A DNA stretch of 64,000 bases from Gemmatimonadota bacterium (GTDB lineage: Bacteria; Gemmatimonadota; Gemmatimonadetes; Gemmatimonadales; GWC2-71-9): NCBI GenBank assembly GCA_036679605.1, contig JAZDCZ010000123.1:1-64000 (forward strand). Reading direction: 5' to 3'. A model generated the notes under the pieces. The model was not told the DNA's origin, searched no databases, and saw nothing but the letters and a program-made list of their open reading frames with translations. The translations under genes and the position numbers were made by a program. Shown in pieces: positions 26,936 through 36,420 of this stretch (position 1 is the first letter of the stretch; every line of letters starts with the position of its first letter).

Positions 26936-29293
26936 TCATGTCCGCTCCAACCGAACGAACGTAGAACGCCAGTCTGTGATGCCGGTAAGAGGATCTCCCT
27001 CCCCAGTTAGAATCTGCAGCGGGTTGGCCAACTCCCCGTCGGGATGCCGTAAACCATAGGGGGCAGATACGTTCTCGCGCGCAGTTCCTGGAAACATCTT
27101 GAGCTGGGCACGGTATCGACCACGTGCCGAGATCACCCACACAACAACGCCGTCGGCGAACCCGAGTTCGCTCGCCATCTCGGGGTGTACTGCGACCCAC
27201 GGAATCCACTGTGTATCCGGAAAGATGCCGGGCTGTTCGACAAGCCAGCGCTCGAGAGCCAAGGTTCCCGATGCTAGAGTGGATACCCGAAACGGCAGCA
27301 GCCGGAGAGGGAACTCCTGTGTGGCGGTGGGACCATCACCCTCACTCAGGTAGATGAGGTCGGCGCCACCATCACCGTCCAGTTCGTCCAGTAGGTCCTG
27401 CGGCATCATCTCGATGCGCCCGCTAGCGGTTTTGGCCATCCGTGCGTAGTAGGCATGATCGTAAAACAGATCCGCCCAGCCTCCGCTCTCAACTAGATCG
27501 TTCCAGAAGTCTTCAAAGTTACTGTGCTCCGGCAACCACCAGCCCCGCTCCTCCATCTGGAGGACCTGTTTTCTCTCGAACTCATCGCCAAGTATCATCC
27601 CGCGCTTGGCTTCGTACAGCCCCCGTGACCGTGTCTTTAACACGCTCTCGAAGTCGTCATATGGTAAGCTCTGGGCAACCGTGCCGCCCAGCTCACGGGC
27701 GATTGTCAAGAGAGCATCACCGGTGTGCAAACCACCAGGATGTGGTTCAACCACTGGCCTCGTCACTCCCCAGACAGCGTACGGATACGAATCGGGTGTC
27801 GGAGCGTCTTGCCACCGCTCGTACGGCAGAAGGTCCGGTAAGATCAGATCTGCCTGGCTGGAAGTCTCATCTATGAAGGGAGAAAAACTCACCACGAACG
27901 GGATGCGGGACAGCGCGCTGCGCCATGCCTCCGGGTGGGTCGAGGAGGCCAAAGGATTGGCGTAGTATGTCAATAGGATTTCTATCGAACCTTGCTCCGC
28001 GACCTGGGTGGCAAACTCAGTTTCACTCACGCCGTCACAGAACTTGGGTTCGGGACCACCGACAGGATCGCGTCTCCCTCCTCTGCGTGCAGTATCATCC
28101 AGTACCACTGGGGCGAGTGGTGAAATCGGTGGTCTGTTGGCAACGAGTACTCCACCCGGGCGGTTCACTCGGCCCAGTAGGATGTTCAAACTGTGTACGG
28201 CCATTCCATTCAAGAGACCACGCCGATCCAGCATCACGTCAGGACCACACAAGGCGACAGGCACCTCACTGCTGCCGATGGCCTTGGCCAAAGCAGTGAT
28301 TCGCTCTATGGGCACTCCGGTGAGTCGGGAGACTTCCTCCGTCCTATAGTTCCTGAGCACCATGGAGCGGAACCCAGCCGACTGTCTCCCACTTCGATCT
28401 CTGTAGTCTTCGAAGCCAGAGACATGCTCGGCCAGAAAGTCTGCGTCTACCATTTCATCCCTGATCAGGACGTAGGCTAGCCCGAGTGCTAGGATATGGT
28501 ACGTCCCAGGACTAATACCGACCCACTCGTGCGACCGCGCCGCGGTGCGCGAGAACCGGGTGTCGATCTGGACGATGTGAGGTCGCTGTGCGTTGCTTTG
28601 ACTGCTTCGCCCCGCAAATGCAGCGAACGCCTGGACGGGAGAGGTCCAAGCCTCGAAGAGAGGTGCTCCAAAGGAAACTACGAAATCGGAGCGCTCCAGA
28701 TCGTACGCCGGGCGCCTTCGAATACCGTGCATCAGGTCCATGACTGCGTCGGTGCCATCGGCGTACGCATCCACGACAAGGTTGGGAGAGCCGTACGCTT
28801 CGAGAAACCGGGTCAGCAGATCCTGCATCGATCCCGCACAGTACCCCGCAACCACTCCGAGTTGATCCGGCCGGCCGGATGCCCGCAGATCGCGCAGCTT
28901 ATCGACAATGAGAGAGATGGCGCCAGAACGTGATATAGGCCTCCACTCTCCTCCGCCTCTAGCACCCACACGCACCATCGGTCCGGCGACACGTTCCGAA
29001 TGGTAGAGCATCTGGACCCCGGCAACTCCACGTGGACACACACCACCACTGCTCATCGGATGCAATGCGTTACCCATTATGCGCACCAGTTTTCCATCTA
29101 CAGTACGGCAACGGATCCCGCATCGTCCCGGGCAGACCAGGCAAGTCGAGTTAGTCCACGCCTCCAAACCAGGTGCCCACCCAACATCCGGCCCCGCATC
29201 CTTGGCCCAGAACACATCCTGGGTGTCCTGTAGCCCATACACAGTTGCAGCCGCGCCCATTGTGTAGAGAAATTCCCGCCTCGTCGGTCTCAT
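26936..29293 (-). CDS. Tat-exported molybdopterin-oxidoreductase-fold subunit (QrcB/ActB1-like)
   Basis: MRPTRREFL Tat motif after RBS GGAAGG; CLVCPGRC...CPRG FS0 motif; DETSSQADLILPD; C-terminal dinucleotide-binding domain. Confidence 0.88.
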   Translation of the reverse strand: MRPTRREFLYTMGAAATVYGLQDTQDVFWAKDAGPDVGWAPGLEAWTNSTCLVCPGRCGIRCRTVDGKLVRIMGNALHPMSSGGVCPRGVAGVQMLYHSERVAGPMVRVGARGGGEWRPISRSGAISLIVDKLRDLRASGRPDQLGVVAGYCAGSMQDLLTRFLEAYGSPNLVVDAYADGTDAVMDLMHGIRRRPAYDLERSDFVVSFGAPLFEAWTSPVQAFAAFAGRSSQSNAQRPHIVQIDTRFSRTAARSHEWVGISPGTYHILALGLAYVLIRDEMVDADFLAEHVSGFEDYRDRSGRQSAGFRSMVLRNYRTEEVSRLTGVPIERITALAKAIGSSEVPVALCGPDVMLDRRGLLNGMAVHSLNILLGRVNRPGGVLVANRPPISPLAPVVLDDTARRGGRRDPVGGPEPKFCDGVSETEFATQVAEQGSIEILLTYYANPLASSTHPEAWRSALSRIPFVVSFSPFIDETSSQADLILPDLLPYERWQDAPTPDSYPYAVWGVTRPVVEPHPGGLHTGDALLTIARELGGTVAQSLPYDDFESVLKTRSRGLYEAKRGMILGDEFERKQVLQMEERGWWLPEHSNFEDFWNDLVESGGWADLFYDHAYYARMAKTASGRIEMMPQDLLDELDGDGGADLIYLSEGDGPTATQEFPLRLLPFRVSTLASGTLALERWLVEQPGIFPDTQWIPWVAVHPEMASELGFADGVVVWVISARGRYRAQLKMFPGTARENVSAPYGLRHPDGELANPLQILTGEGDPLTGITDWRSTFVRLERT

Positions 29294-29304
29294 ATCACCT
29301 TCCT

Positions 29305-29820
29305 CTAGCGATGACAGTCCACACAATCCACCGTTTGATTCTCTTTGCGGTGGCAGTCGAGGCAGACTTTCATCTTGATTTTCACCAAAGGTCGCTCGGG
29401 CGGGCGTTCCGTCTCGGCAATCGACCCGTGGCAGTTCGCGCAATCGAGCTTTGCGATGCCCACATGACGACGGTGGGTAAAGAAGACGTTTGATGGCAAC
29501 CGGAACAATTTGTTGAACTGAAGGGAATCACCGTCGGCGATCATGGCCGTCAGCCGTGCAGCCTCTTCGGACGTACCCTGCGGTACCTGATGGCACATAG
29601 AGCAGGTCTCAACACCGGGAAGGCCCGGATGAGCCCCGGTCTCAACATACGGATGGCAGAACTGGCAGGCGAGTCCGAGATCCATCGTATGCTTCCTGTG
29701 ATTGAATGCAATCGGCTGCTCTACGGCAGGGTTACCCATCATCAAAACCCCCTCCGCTGCCACCATGATCAGAAGAGCGACTACACCGTATCCCACTACT
29801 CTGTACTTCTGTGCCGTCAT
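29305..29820 (-). CDS. Membrane-anchored pentaheme cytochrome c (QrcA/ActA-like)
   Basis: TM, QPIAFNHRKH, VFFTHRRHV, CQFCH, CSMCH, CANCH, CLDCH, CVDCH. Confidence 0.92.
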   Translation of the reverse strand: MTAQKYRVVGYGVVALLIMVAAEGVLMMGNPAVEQPIAFNHRKHTMDLGLACQFCHPYVETGAHPGLPGVETCSMCHQVPQGTSEEAARLTAMIADGDSLQFNKLFRLPSNVFFTHRRHVGIAKLDCANCHGSIAETERPPERPLVKIKMKVCLDCHRKENQTVDCVDCHR

Positions 29821-29968
29821 GTCCAGTCCTTACACTAAACGCTAGCTAGGGAATCTTCACCAGACCGATGAACTCGGGGTGAAGACTTCATGAAGTAATT
29901 ATTACTTATTGATGCGGCATGTCTGTACCTCCTACGATCTAGGCGTGCACGGGGCGTGGTAGTTCTCC

Positions 29969-30006
29969 TGTTACAGTTGTTACAGTTGTTACAGTTGTTA
30001 CAGTTG
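29969..30006. repeat. Perfect 9-bp tandem repeat (TGTTACAGT) x4 in a divergent promoter region
   Basis: tgttacagt tgttacagt tgttacagt tgttacagt tg read directly. Confidence 0.95.
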
Positions 30007-30061
30007 CGAGAAGGTAGGGAGTATTATCGAACAGCAGACTAGTTACTTCTTTCACTAGTAT

Positions 30062-30099
30062 GTAGAAACTTTCCCCACCAGTGTAGGATATTCCCCCTC
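30062..30099. promoter_or_regulatory. Tandem GTAGG-N7-CCTAC-like boxes (candidate NarL-family sites)
   Basis: GTAGA-AACTTTC-CCCAC and GTAGG-ATATTCC-CCCTC, 21 bp apart; similar pair at 45752-45788. Confidence 0.4.
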
Positions 30100-30310
30100 G
30101 TCAATTGCAGCTCCATTCCTGACAGACATGCCGATTCAGAAGCCATAGCTTCCCGACCATTGTTGCGAACCTGGTGATGCACAGAGAGTGAATTCTCCTT
30201 CACAAAGAATCCACGATTCATTAATCCGTGAAAGGCAAGTTTGTTGATACGAAAATGCACGAGCTGTCACAGGTCTAGACACAGTAGACCATTCTAACAG
30301 GAGGAAAGAA

Positions 30311-31348
30311 ATGAATACCTTACGCGTGCTGGTAGCAGGAGGCCTGGCTCTGGCTCTCGCTCACATACCAGCAACCGCGTCCGCCCAGGGTCTCCAGCTG
30401 ACAGGATATGCAGACTTCGAAGTCGGCTTGAGCAAAGTCGACTCGGACAATTCCGAGTTGGTCTTCGACAATCATCACTTCAACATCATCGCTCAAGGCA
30501 AACTGTTCGAGAACATGTACGCCACCGCCGAAGTCGAGTATGAGCATGGCGGTGAGGAAATAGCCCTCGAGTTTGGCTTCCTGACATATACGGGTTTTCG
30601 AAATGTCAGGATCTCAGCAGGTAAGTTCATCGTGCCGTTCGGCCGCTTCAACAAGGACCTACATCCAACCTGGATCAACAAAATGCCGGACCGACCCAAC
30701 GGGTTTAAGGACGTGTTTCCGCAAACCTACAGTGATGTGGGAATCTGGGTTTCCGGTGGTGTGCCTGCAGGGAATGGCGTCACTGTTACCTATGACGCTT
30801 TCGTCGTAAACGGTTTGATGGGCGACGACGGTGGTGGTATCCGTGGCATGCGGAACAATGATCGAGACAAAATCCCCGGCGGCGGAATAGACGACAACAA
30901 AGCGCTGGGTGGTAGATTCGGGGTCGTGCTCGCACCACAAGGTTTCGACATTGGTACATCGATATACACCGGCAACTATGTGAACGTCGCCGACAGTAGT
31001 CTGCAACTCACGTTCTTCGGGGTCGATGCGGCATATCACAATCGAGGATTGGAATTACGGGGAGAGGCGGTCTTCGCCGACCAAGAAGCCACCGGGGGCG
31101 ACCTGACGAAGAAGGGCGGGTATCTACAGGTGGCGTATCGCACCAAGGTAAACTTCGAGCCCGTAATCAGGTTCAGTCTTAGAGATATGCCTGGCTCCAG
31201 CGGTGATAGCCGGCGTGTATCGTTCGGTGCCAGTTACTATCTGTCACCCAACGCCGCAGTTCGCTTGGCATATCACAAGAATTTCGAAGACAGCGGTTTT
31301 TCGAGCGACAACGATGGCCTCATGGGCCAGTTCACCGTCGTATTCTAG
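30311..31348 (+). CDS. Outer-membrane beta-barrel porin
   Basis: RBS AGGAGG, signal peptide ASA-Q, EVEYEHG, AGKFIVPFG, DDNKALGGR, C-terminal Phe. Confidence 0.85.
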   Translation: MNTLRVLVAGGLALALAHIPATASAQGLQLTGYADFEVGLSKVDSDNSELVFDNHHFNIIAQGKLFENMYATAEVEYEHGGEEIALEFGFLTYTGFRNVRISAGKFIVPFGRFNKDLHPTWINKMPDRPNGFKDVFPQTYSDVGIWVSGGVPAGNGVTVTYDAFVVNGLMGDDGGGIRGMRNNDRDKIPGGGIDDNKALGGRFGVVLAPQGFDIGTSIYTGNYVNVADSSLQLTFFGVDAAYHNRGLELRGEAVFADQEATGGDLTKKGGYLQVAYRTKVNFEPVIRFSLRDMPGSSGDSRRVSFGASYYLSPNAAVRLAYHKNFEDSGFSSDNDGLMGQFTVVF

Positions 31349-31359
31349 GAGGTCCGACC

Positions 31360-31971
31360 ATGAACACCATTAGATACTCATTGATTGCGGTCGGCCTCTT
31401 GGGAGTCGGCAGCCTAGTTGCCCCCGCCACCATCGCGGCCCAGCGTTCCGGCGTCGAGATATGGAGTCAGAACTGCGGAACGTGCCACAATATGCAACCT
31501 GCCAATCGTTATACGGCAACCGCTTGGGAAACTATTATGGAAAGCATGAAGATCGCAGCGCGTCTCACCGATGACGATGCTGCAGCGATCCTCGAGTTTC
31601 TCAAAGGTGGAGCCCGGCCCGTCGCGTCAGCCAGCCCCATTGGAAAACCACTGGCAGTGCTGGCGTCTGCTGCCCCGGTAACGATCAAAATGCCACTCAC
31701 GGCTGACAGTGCGACGAACTACTCGAAGTACTGCGTTGCCTGTCACGGTAAGAAGGGAAAGGGCAACGGCCCGGTCGCAATGGCGCTGAATCCCAAACCG
31801 GCAAGTTTTGTGGATTTACAGTTCCAATCTCAGCGCACGGACGAGCAGCTGGCCGACGGCATCACAGGAGGCAAGAACACGATGCCCGGATTCGCCAAGC
31901 AGCTGACACCGGCAGAGATTCAAGCGCTAGTTACCTACATCCGCAGCATGGCACCCAAGAAAGACCGGTAG
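31360..31971 (+). CDS. Periplasmic diheme cytochrome c
   Basis: Signal peptide; CGTCH domain and c6-like CVACH...MPGF domain. Confidence 0.88.
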   Translation: MNTIRYSLIAVGLLGVGSLVAPATIAAQRSGVEIWSQNCGTCHNMQPANRYTATAWETIMESMKIAARLTDDDAAAILEFLKGGARPVASASPIGKPLAVLASAAPVTIKMPLTADSATNYSKYCVACHGKKGKGNGPVAMALNPKPASFVDLQFQSQRTDEQLADGITGGKNTMPGFAKQLTPAEIQALVTYIRSMAPKKDR

Positions 31972-31995
31972 AGCCGGAGGTCACAGCAACGGTAG

Positions 31996-32022
31996 CGGCG
32001 GCGCCCACTGTGGGCGCCGCCG
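31996..32022. other. GC-rich 12-bp stem-loop between two cytochrome genes (no U-tract)
   Basis: CGGCGGCGCCCA-CTG-TGGGCGCCGCCG perfect inverted repeat. Confidence 0.7.
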
Positions 32023-32076
32023 GCAGGTACAGAGGACAATGCAACGTTTGGCGTCCACCAACGGCAGGAGCTTATC

Positions 32077-32733
32077 ATGCAGCAACACAGTCGAACATTT
32101 CGCTCCCCCAGCACAAGCATCCTAGCTCTCGTTGTTCTGGCGTTGCCTCTAGGCTGCACCAGCTCCTCGCAAGATGGTGAGACCGCCGACCAGTCGAACC
32201 GCAACCAGATTTCCTACAATGATCGTTTGATTGTCGCGTCAGCACGAGTCGCTCTTCCACCGCCGGGAATAGGACCATCTCAGCTTCCCGCCCCCGAAAC
32301 GCAGGGAGCCAAATTCATCGCGAGGTATTGTACGGCCTGCCACGCACTGCCGACGCCAAAGCAACACTCGGTCACAGATTGGCCACGTGTAACGCGTCGG
32401 ATGTGGCTGCGCACCGACCGTATCGATTCGTCGTTCCACGTGCCTGCACCAAGTTCCGGCGAGCGCATGCTGATGTTGAACTACCTGTTGGACAACGCAC
32501 TCCGAGTGAGCGAGGGAGACCTTCCCCCAGGCCCCGAGCGCCCGGTCTTCATGGCAACTTGCAGTCAGTGTCACGACCTGCCGGACCCCAAGACACATTC
32601 TCCGGACGACTGGAGTGCCACGGTGCGGCGCATGATGAGTCACATGGAGCTGATGCTGGGAACGACGCTGACACCCGATGAGTACCACAAGGTCGTGCTA
32701 TACCTCGAGGCAGCGTCGAAGTACCTCAAGTAG
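32077..32733 (+). CDS. Diheme cytochrome c lipoprotein
   Basis: Lipobox LPLGC; CTACH and CSQCH in two repeated P..H...W...V.RM domains. Confidence 0.85.
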   Translation: MQQHSRTFRSPSTSILALVVLALPLGCTSSSQDGETADQSNRNQISYNDRLIVASARVALPPPGIGPSQLPAPETQGAKFIARYCTACHALPTPKQHSVTDWPRVTRRMWLRTDRIDSSFHVPAPSSGERMLMLNYLLDNALRVSEGDLPPGPERPVFMATCSQCHDLPDPKTHSPDDWSATVRRMMSHMELMLGTTLTPDEYHKVVLYLEAASKYLK

Positions 32734-32938
32734 TTGGGTGTTTTTCATAGGAACGCTTGACGGGGCACGGCCTCTTAGCTCGACCATCCCACGGAATCCA
32801 TGAGATAAACATTAAGCGACCATGAAGGACGGCCTTCGATCCCTATTGGGGCTTGCGAATCACTCTCGCAATTGTATTTACTATAGAGTCGCCTTCACGA
32901 CCGGTATCGAGTGAGCTATCAGGACGGGAGATGTTCTT

Positions 32939-34021
32939 GTGTCAGCAATCCCAACCGACCAAGTCGAACTCAGCCACCAGGGTCTCCTGACTCGGTTTGG
33001 TCAGATGCTTTTCGGGTTTCCCTTATTCTATAAGATCTTGGTTGCGAACATAGCGATTGTTCTGACATGTACCTTGGTTGGGACGCTATTTACGATCAGC
33101 CTTGTACGCGCCGAACCCGACCGATCGCTCTCAACGCCGATCACCATCTTCGCACTGCTCGGTGTGCTCTCGAGCGCCATTGTAAACGCAGTTATCCTCC
33201 GACTAGCTCTGTCGCCTCTCAAAGCCTTAGAGCAAACAGCAGACCGTGTTCAACAAGGAGACTTGGCGGCCCGTGCACCGTTATCGCCGCTGGCCGATGC
33301 TGAGTTGCAGCAGTTGGTCAACATGTTCAACAGCATGTTGGATCACTTGGAAGTGTACCGACAGCGCCTCAAGGATACCGCGCATCGAGCGATTCATGCT
33401 GAGGAAATGGAGCGCAAGCGACTGTCCCACGAACTCCACGACGAGACATCACAGCGGCTAGCAGCTCTGATCATTCGCTTGCGCCTGGTGCGGGACGCCA
33501 AGGACGATGCTCTGCGTAACGCACGCATCGAACGGCTACGAACAGAGATCGTAGAGATAACCGACGATATCCGCCGCTTTGCAAGAGGGCTTCGCCCGAC
33601 TGTTTTGGATCAAGTCGGCCTGACTGCAGCCATCACGGCACAAGCGCGGCACATCCAAGAGAACTCTCAAATTGATATCATCATCGACGCCGATCAGTTG
33701 GAGGGCCTCCTTACGCCAGACACCGAGTTGGCCCTTTACCGAATCGTTCAGGAAGCCATGTCGAACTCAGTGCGTCACGCCAAAGCCCAAAGCATCTGCG
33801 TTCGCATCGCAAATTCGGACGGTTGTGTAATCGCATCGGTTACAGATGACGGATGCGGTTTCGTGGAGGACGATCTGGCATCAACAGGGGCAACTGGACT
33901 CGGGCTCTTCGGAATGAGAGAGCGAGCTTCTTACGTGCAAGGTGATGTCAGCATTGACAGCACACCCGAGCGAGGTACGAGTGTGCAGGTCCGAATACCG
34001 ATTGAGGCCACCGATGACTAG
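32939..34021 (+). CDS. NarX/UhpB/NreB-type histidine kinase (HAMP, HisKA_3)
   Basis: ERKRLSHELHDETSQ, LRPTVLDQVGL, YRIVQEAMSN, GLGLFGMRERA. Confidence 0.9.
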   Translation: MSAIPTDQVELSHQGLLTRFGQMLFGFPLFYKILVANIAIVLTCTLVGTLFTISLVRAEPDRSLSTPITIFALLGVLSSAIVNAVILRLALSPLKALEQTADRVQQGDLAARAPLSPLADAELQQLVNMFNSMLDHLEVYRQRLKDTAHRAIHAEEMERKRLSHELHDETSQRLAALIIRLRLVRDAKDDALRNARIERLRTEIVEITDDIRRFARGLRPTVLDQVGLTAAITAQARHIQENSQIDIIIDADQLEGLLTPDTELALYRIVQEAMSNSVRHAKAQSICVRIANSDGCVIASVTDDGCGFVEDDLASTGATGLGLFGMRERASYVQGDVSIDSTPERGTSVQVRIPIEATDD

Positions 34022-34685
34022 TAGCAACGGCATATCTGTTCTGTTAGTTGACGACCATCCTGTCTTCCGGGCCGGCTTGCGAGCGATGTTGGAAGCGGAA
34101 GATGACATGGTGGTCGTTGGAGAGGCCCCGGACGGTGAGACCGCCATTCGACAGGTTCGAGCGCTCGAACCCGACGTCACGATTATGGATCTCTCACTAC
34201 CTGGTGTCGGCGGTTTGGAGGCGACGCGCCGTATCGTAGAGATTGGCGTCAACACAAAGATCCTAGTCCTGACAATGCACACCGAGGAGGAATATCTATT
34301 CCCTGTTCTGGATGCCGGGGCAAGTGGATATGTTACCAAGACTGCCGCCGACCGGGAACTCATTACCGCCATTCGGACAGTGGCGGCCGGTGATGTTTTC
34401 TTGTATCCCCATGCCGCCAGCCTGCTGCTGGGACGCTACAAGACCCCACCTGGCAAGGATAGCTCTGACCCGCTCTACCCTCTCACGCAACGGGAACGTG
34501 ACGTCTTGACGCTGACCGCGAGCGGATATAGCTCGACGGATATCGGTCGTAAGCTCTTCATATCGCCCAAAACCGTCGATACCTACAGAGCCCGAGTAAT
34601 GCACAAGCTCAACCTGAGTCATCGATCGGAACTTGTACACTTCGCACTTCGAACCGGACTCCTAAAACCAAATAGCCCGCCGTGA
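34014..34685 (+). CDS. NarL/NreC-family response regulator
   Basis: LVDDHPVFRAGL, MDLSLPG, LTMH, LuxR HTH ISPKTVDTYRARVMHKL. Confidence 0.92.
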   Translation: MTSSNGISVLLVDDHPVFRAGLRAMLEAEDDMVVVGEAPDGETAIRQVRALEPDVTIMDLSLPGVGGLEATRRIVEIGVNTKILVLTMHTEEEYLFPVLDAGASGYVTKTAADRELITAIRTVAAGDVFLYPHAASLLLGRYKTPPGKDSSDPLYPLTQRERDVLTLTASGYSSTDIGRKLFISPKTVDTYRARVMHKLNLSHRSELVHFALRTGLLKPNSPP

Positions 34686-34731
34686 GCTGCGTGTAGAGGC
34701 CGCCGTTCACTCGCTTGCGGGAATCAGGACC

Positions 34732-36420
34732 TCAAGAATCCACGGTCACCCCGTACTCCGTCAACCGCCCCCGCGCCGCGCGCCTTCGAACCCACAGAAC
34801 CAGCACAAACTCCATTCCGGCGACTTCGAGGACGGCTAGGAGCACGATGAAATAGCTCACGACCGGAGCAGCCTTTTCCAGAGACAGGAAATACCATGAT
34901 GAAACGGCCATGCGTAGACCGGTCTCTCCGTTCCTGCCCTCCCAGATATGGAAGCTTATTGGCATGAGCGTGCCGGCACTCAACTGCACTTCGCCTGCTG
35001 CCTGCTCCGTTGCAAGCGGCCGGCGGATCACCACCGACCACTGACCATCGTTCCAAACACCTGCACCCGTCGCTTGCTGGCTCTCGGGCGCCTGCGCTTC
35101 CGGCGGCCGCTGAGCCCCGCTCCCTCTCAATTCCAACACAGGAGAACCGCTGCCCGAAGCATGCTGTAGCGCAGCGTTCCAGCGCCATAAATCGACCGGC
35201 TGGCCGACGTTGCCGTAAACGAAGTGGGGTAACTGGGGAGTCCCCGTGTACCGGGCGGGGAACATGACCTCTGCCGCATCTGGGTATTCACCTCTCACCC
35301 GGCGGGTATCGGGGAAGAGCGTGGGATACGTATCGTCGGCCTCCCAGCCCTCCGCCTGGGCAACCGCAGAATCAGCCGGTAGCGTGTCTGCAAATCTGTC
35401 CGCCCAAACGAGTTGCAGAGCTATATCGCTGGCGTTGTACAATGCTCTGACCGAAAGATCGGTCACCGCCGGGATCTGCCAACGCGGCGCAAACGTCGCC
35501 TGGCCCGTGAGTGGAATAGACACCGCAGACGTAGTCGCCCAAGCGGGGTCATCCGGACTAGACGGGAGATCTCCGTCGACCCGCCGCGCAGCAATCACGA
35601 CTCCAGCCGAGTTCTCATCTTGCGCCTCGTTACGCAGCGAGGCGACATAGTAGGCTACCTTCCACCGCTCCTCGCCGGTGAGTGTCTCGGAGTACGATGG
35701 CATCGGCGTGCCGTCGAGTCCTGTGCTTAACCGCATGTAGACCTCGCGCGGTGAACTGCCGCCCTTGAAGCGCCACTGACTGTGGAGATTCGCAGGCCAG
35801 ATCGCAAAGTCCCAGTCGTCGGTGAGTTCACCCGCTCGCTCGCCATTGCCGCGTCCCTCAGTACCGTGACACTCGAAACAATCCGCCTCTTCAAAGACTT
35901 CCCGCCCCTCTGCGATCAACTCGTCTCGCCCACCATCTGGAGGCTCCGGAGGTTCAACAATAAACTCGTACGGGTCGAATGCCTCGTCCTCGAACAAGTC
36001 GGCTGCGAACGACTTGATGTAGGCAATGACCTGCCACCGCTCCTGCTCGCTGAGCCTCGATTGCCACGCGGTCATCGCCGTGCCCGCAATTCCCAATGAG
36101 ATCGTTCGGTAGAGGTCCTCGTCGGTGGGCAACTCCCCACTCTCCGTAGTCCTCAACTTGAAGCTCGCAACCGTGAAGTCCCGGGGCCTTGGCCACAAAT
36201 ATTCCGCTACGGGACCCTCTCCGTCTCCGTCCTCTCCGTGACAGAACCAACAGTTCCCCTGATAAGTCTCTCGTCCGGCAGCGACACTCGCCGAATCTGC
36301 GGACGGCCGCTCGGGAACCTCTATTGCGAGCCACTGAGCGGTTGCATGCGCCGGAATCATCACAAGCATGACAAGTAACAACGATAGAACCCACTGGGCT
36401 GAATGCTGCTCGACTGTCAC
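34732..36420 (-). CDS. Diheme cytochrome c fused to an EbdC/DOMON-like (heme b-type) domain, with C-terminal TM anchor
   Basis: CWFCH..PRPRDFT, CFECH..GTPMPSY; VRALYNASDIALQLVWAD, GVWNDGQWSVVIRRPL, FHIWEG. Confidence 0.82.
   Translation of the reverse strand: MTVEQHSAQWVLSLLLVMLVMIPAHATAQWLAIEVPERPSADSASVAAGRETYQGNCWFCHGEDGDGEGPVAEYLWPRPRDFTVASFKLRTTESGELPTDEDLYRTISLGIAGTAMTAWQSRLSEQERWQVIAYIKSFAADLFEDEAFDPYEFIVEPPEPPDGGRDELIAEGREVFEEADCFECHGTEGRGNGERAGELTDDWDFAIWPANLHSQWRFKGGSSPREVYMRLSTGLDGTPMPSYSETLTGEERWKVAYYVASLRNEAQDENSAGVVIAARRVDGDLPSSPDDPAWATTSAVSIPLTGQATFAPRWQIPAVTDLSVRALYNASDIALQLVWADRFADTLPADSAVAQAEGWEADDTYPTLFPDTRRVRGEYPDAAEVMFPARYTGTPQLPHFVYGNVGQPVDLWRWNAALQHASGSGSPVLELRGSGAQRPPEAQAPESQQATGAGVWNDGQWSVVIRRPLATEQAAGEVQLSAGTLMPISFHIWEGRNGETGLRMAVSSWYFLSLEKAAPVVSYFIVLLAVLEVAGMEFVLVLWVRRRAARGRLTEYGVTVDS

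Noticed and set aside
26936..29293. Calling this nitrite oxidoreductase/nitrate reductase alpha (NxrA/NarG) because of the Nitrospira-like neighbours
   Set aside because: Too short (about 785 aa), the FS0 motif is all-Cys rather than the His/Asp-containing NarG/NxrA type, and gene order fits Qrc/ACIII
29969..30006. Possible CRISPR array
   Set aside because: 9-bp units with no spacers and no cas genes; it is a simple tandem repeat
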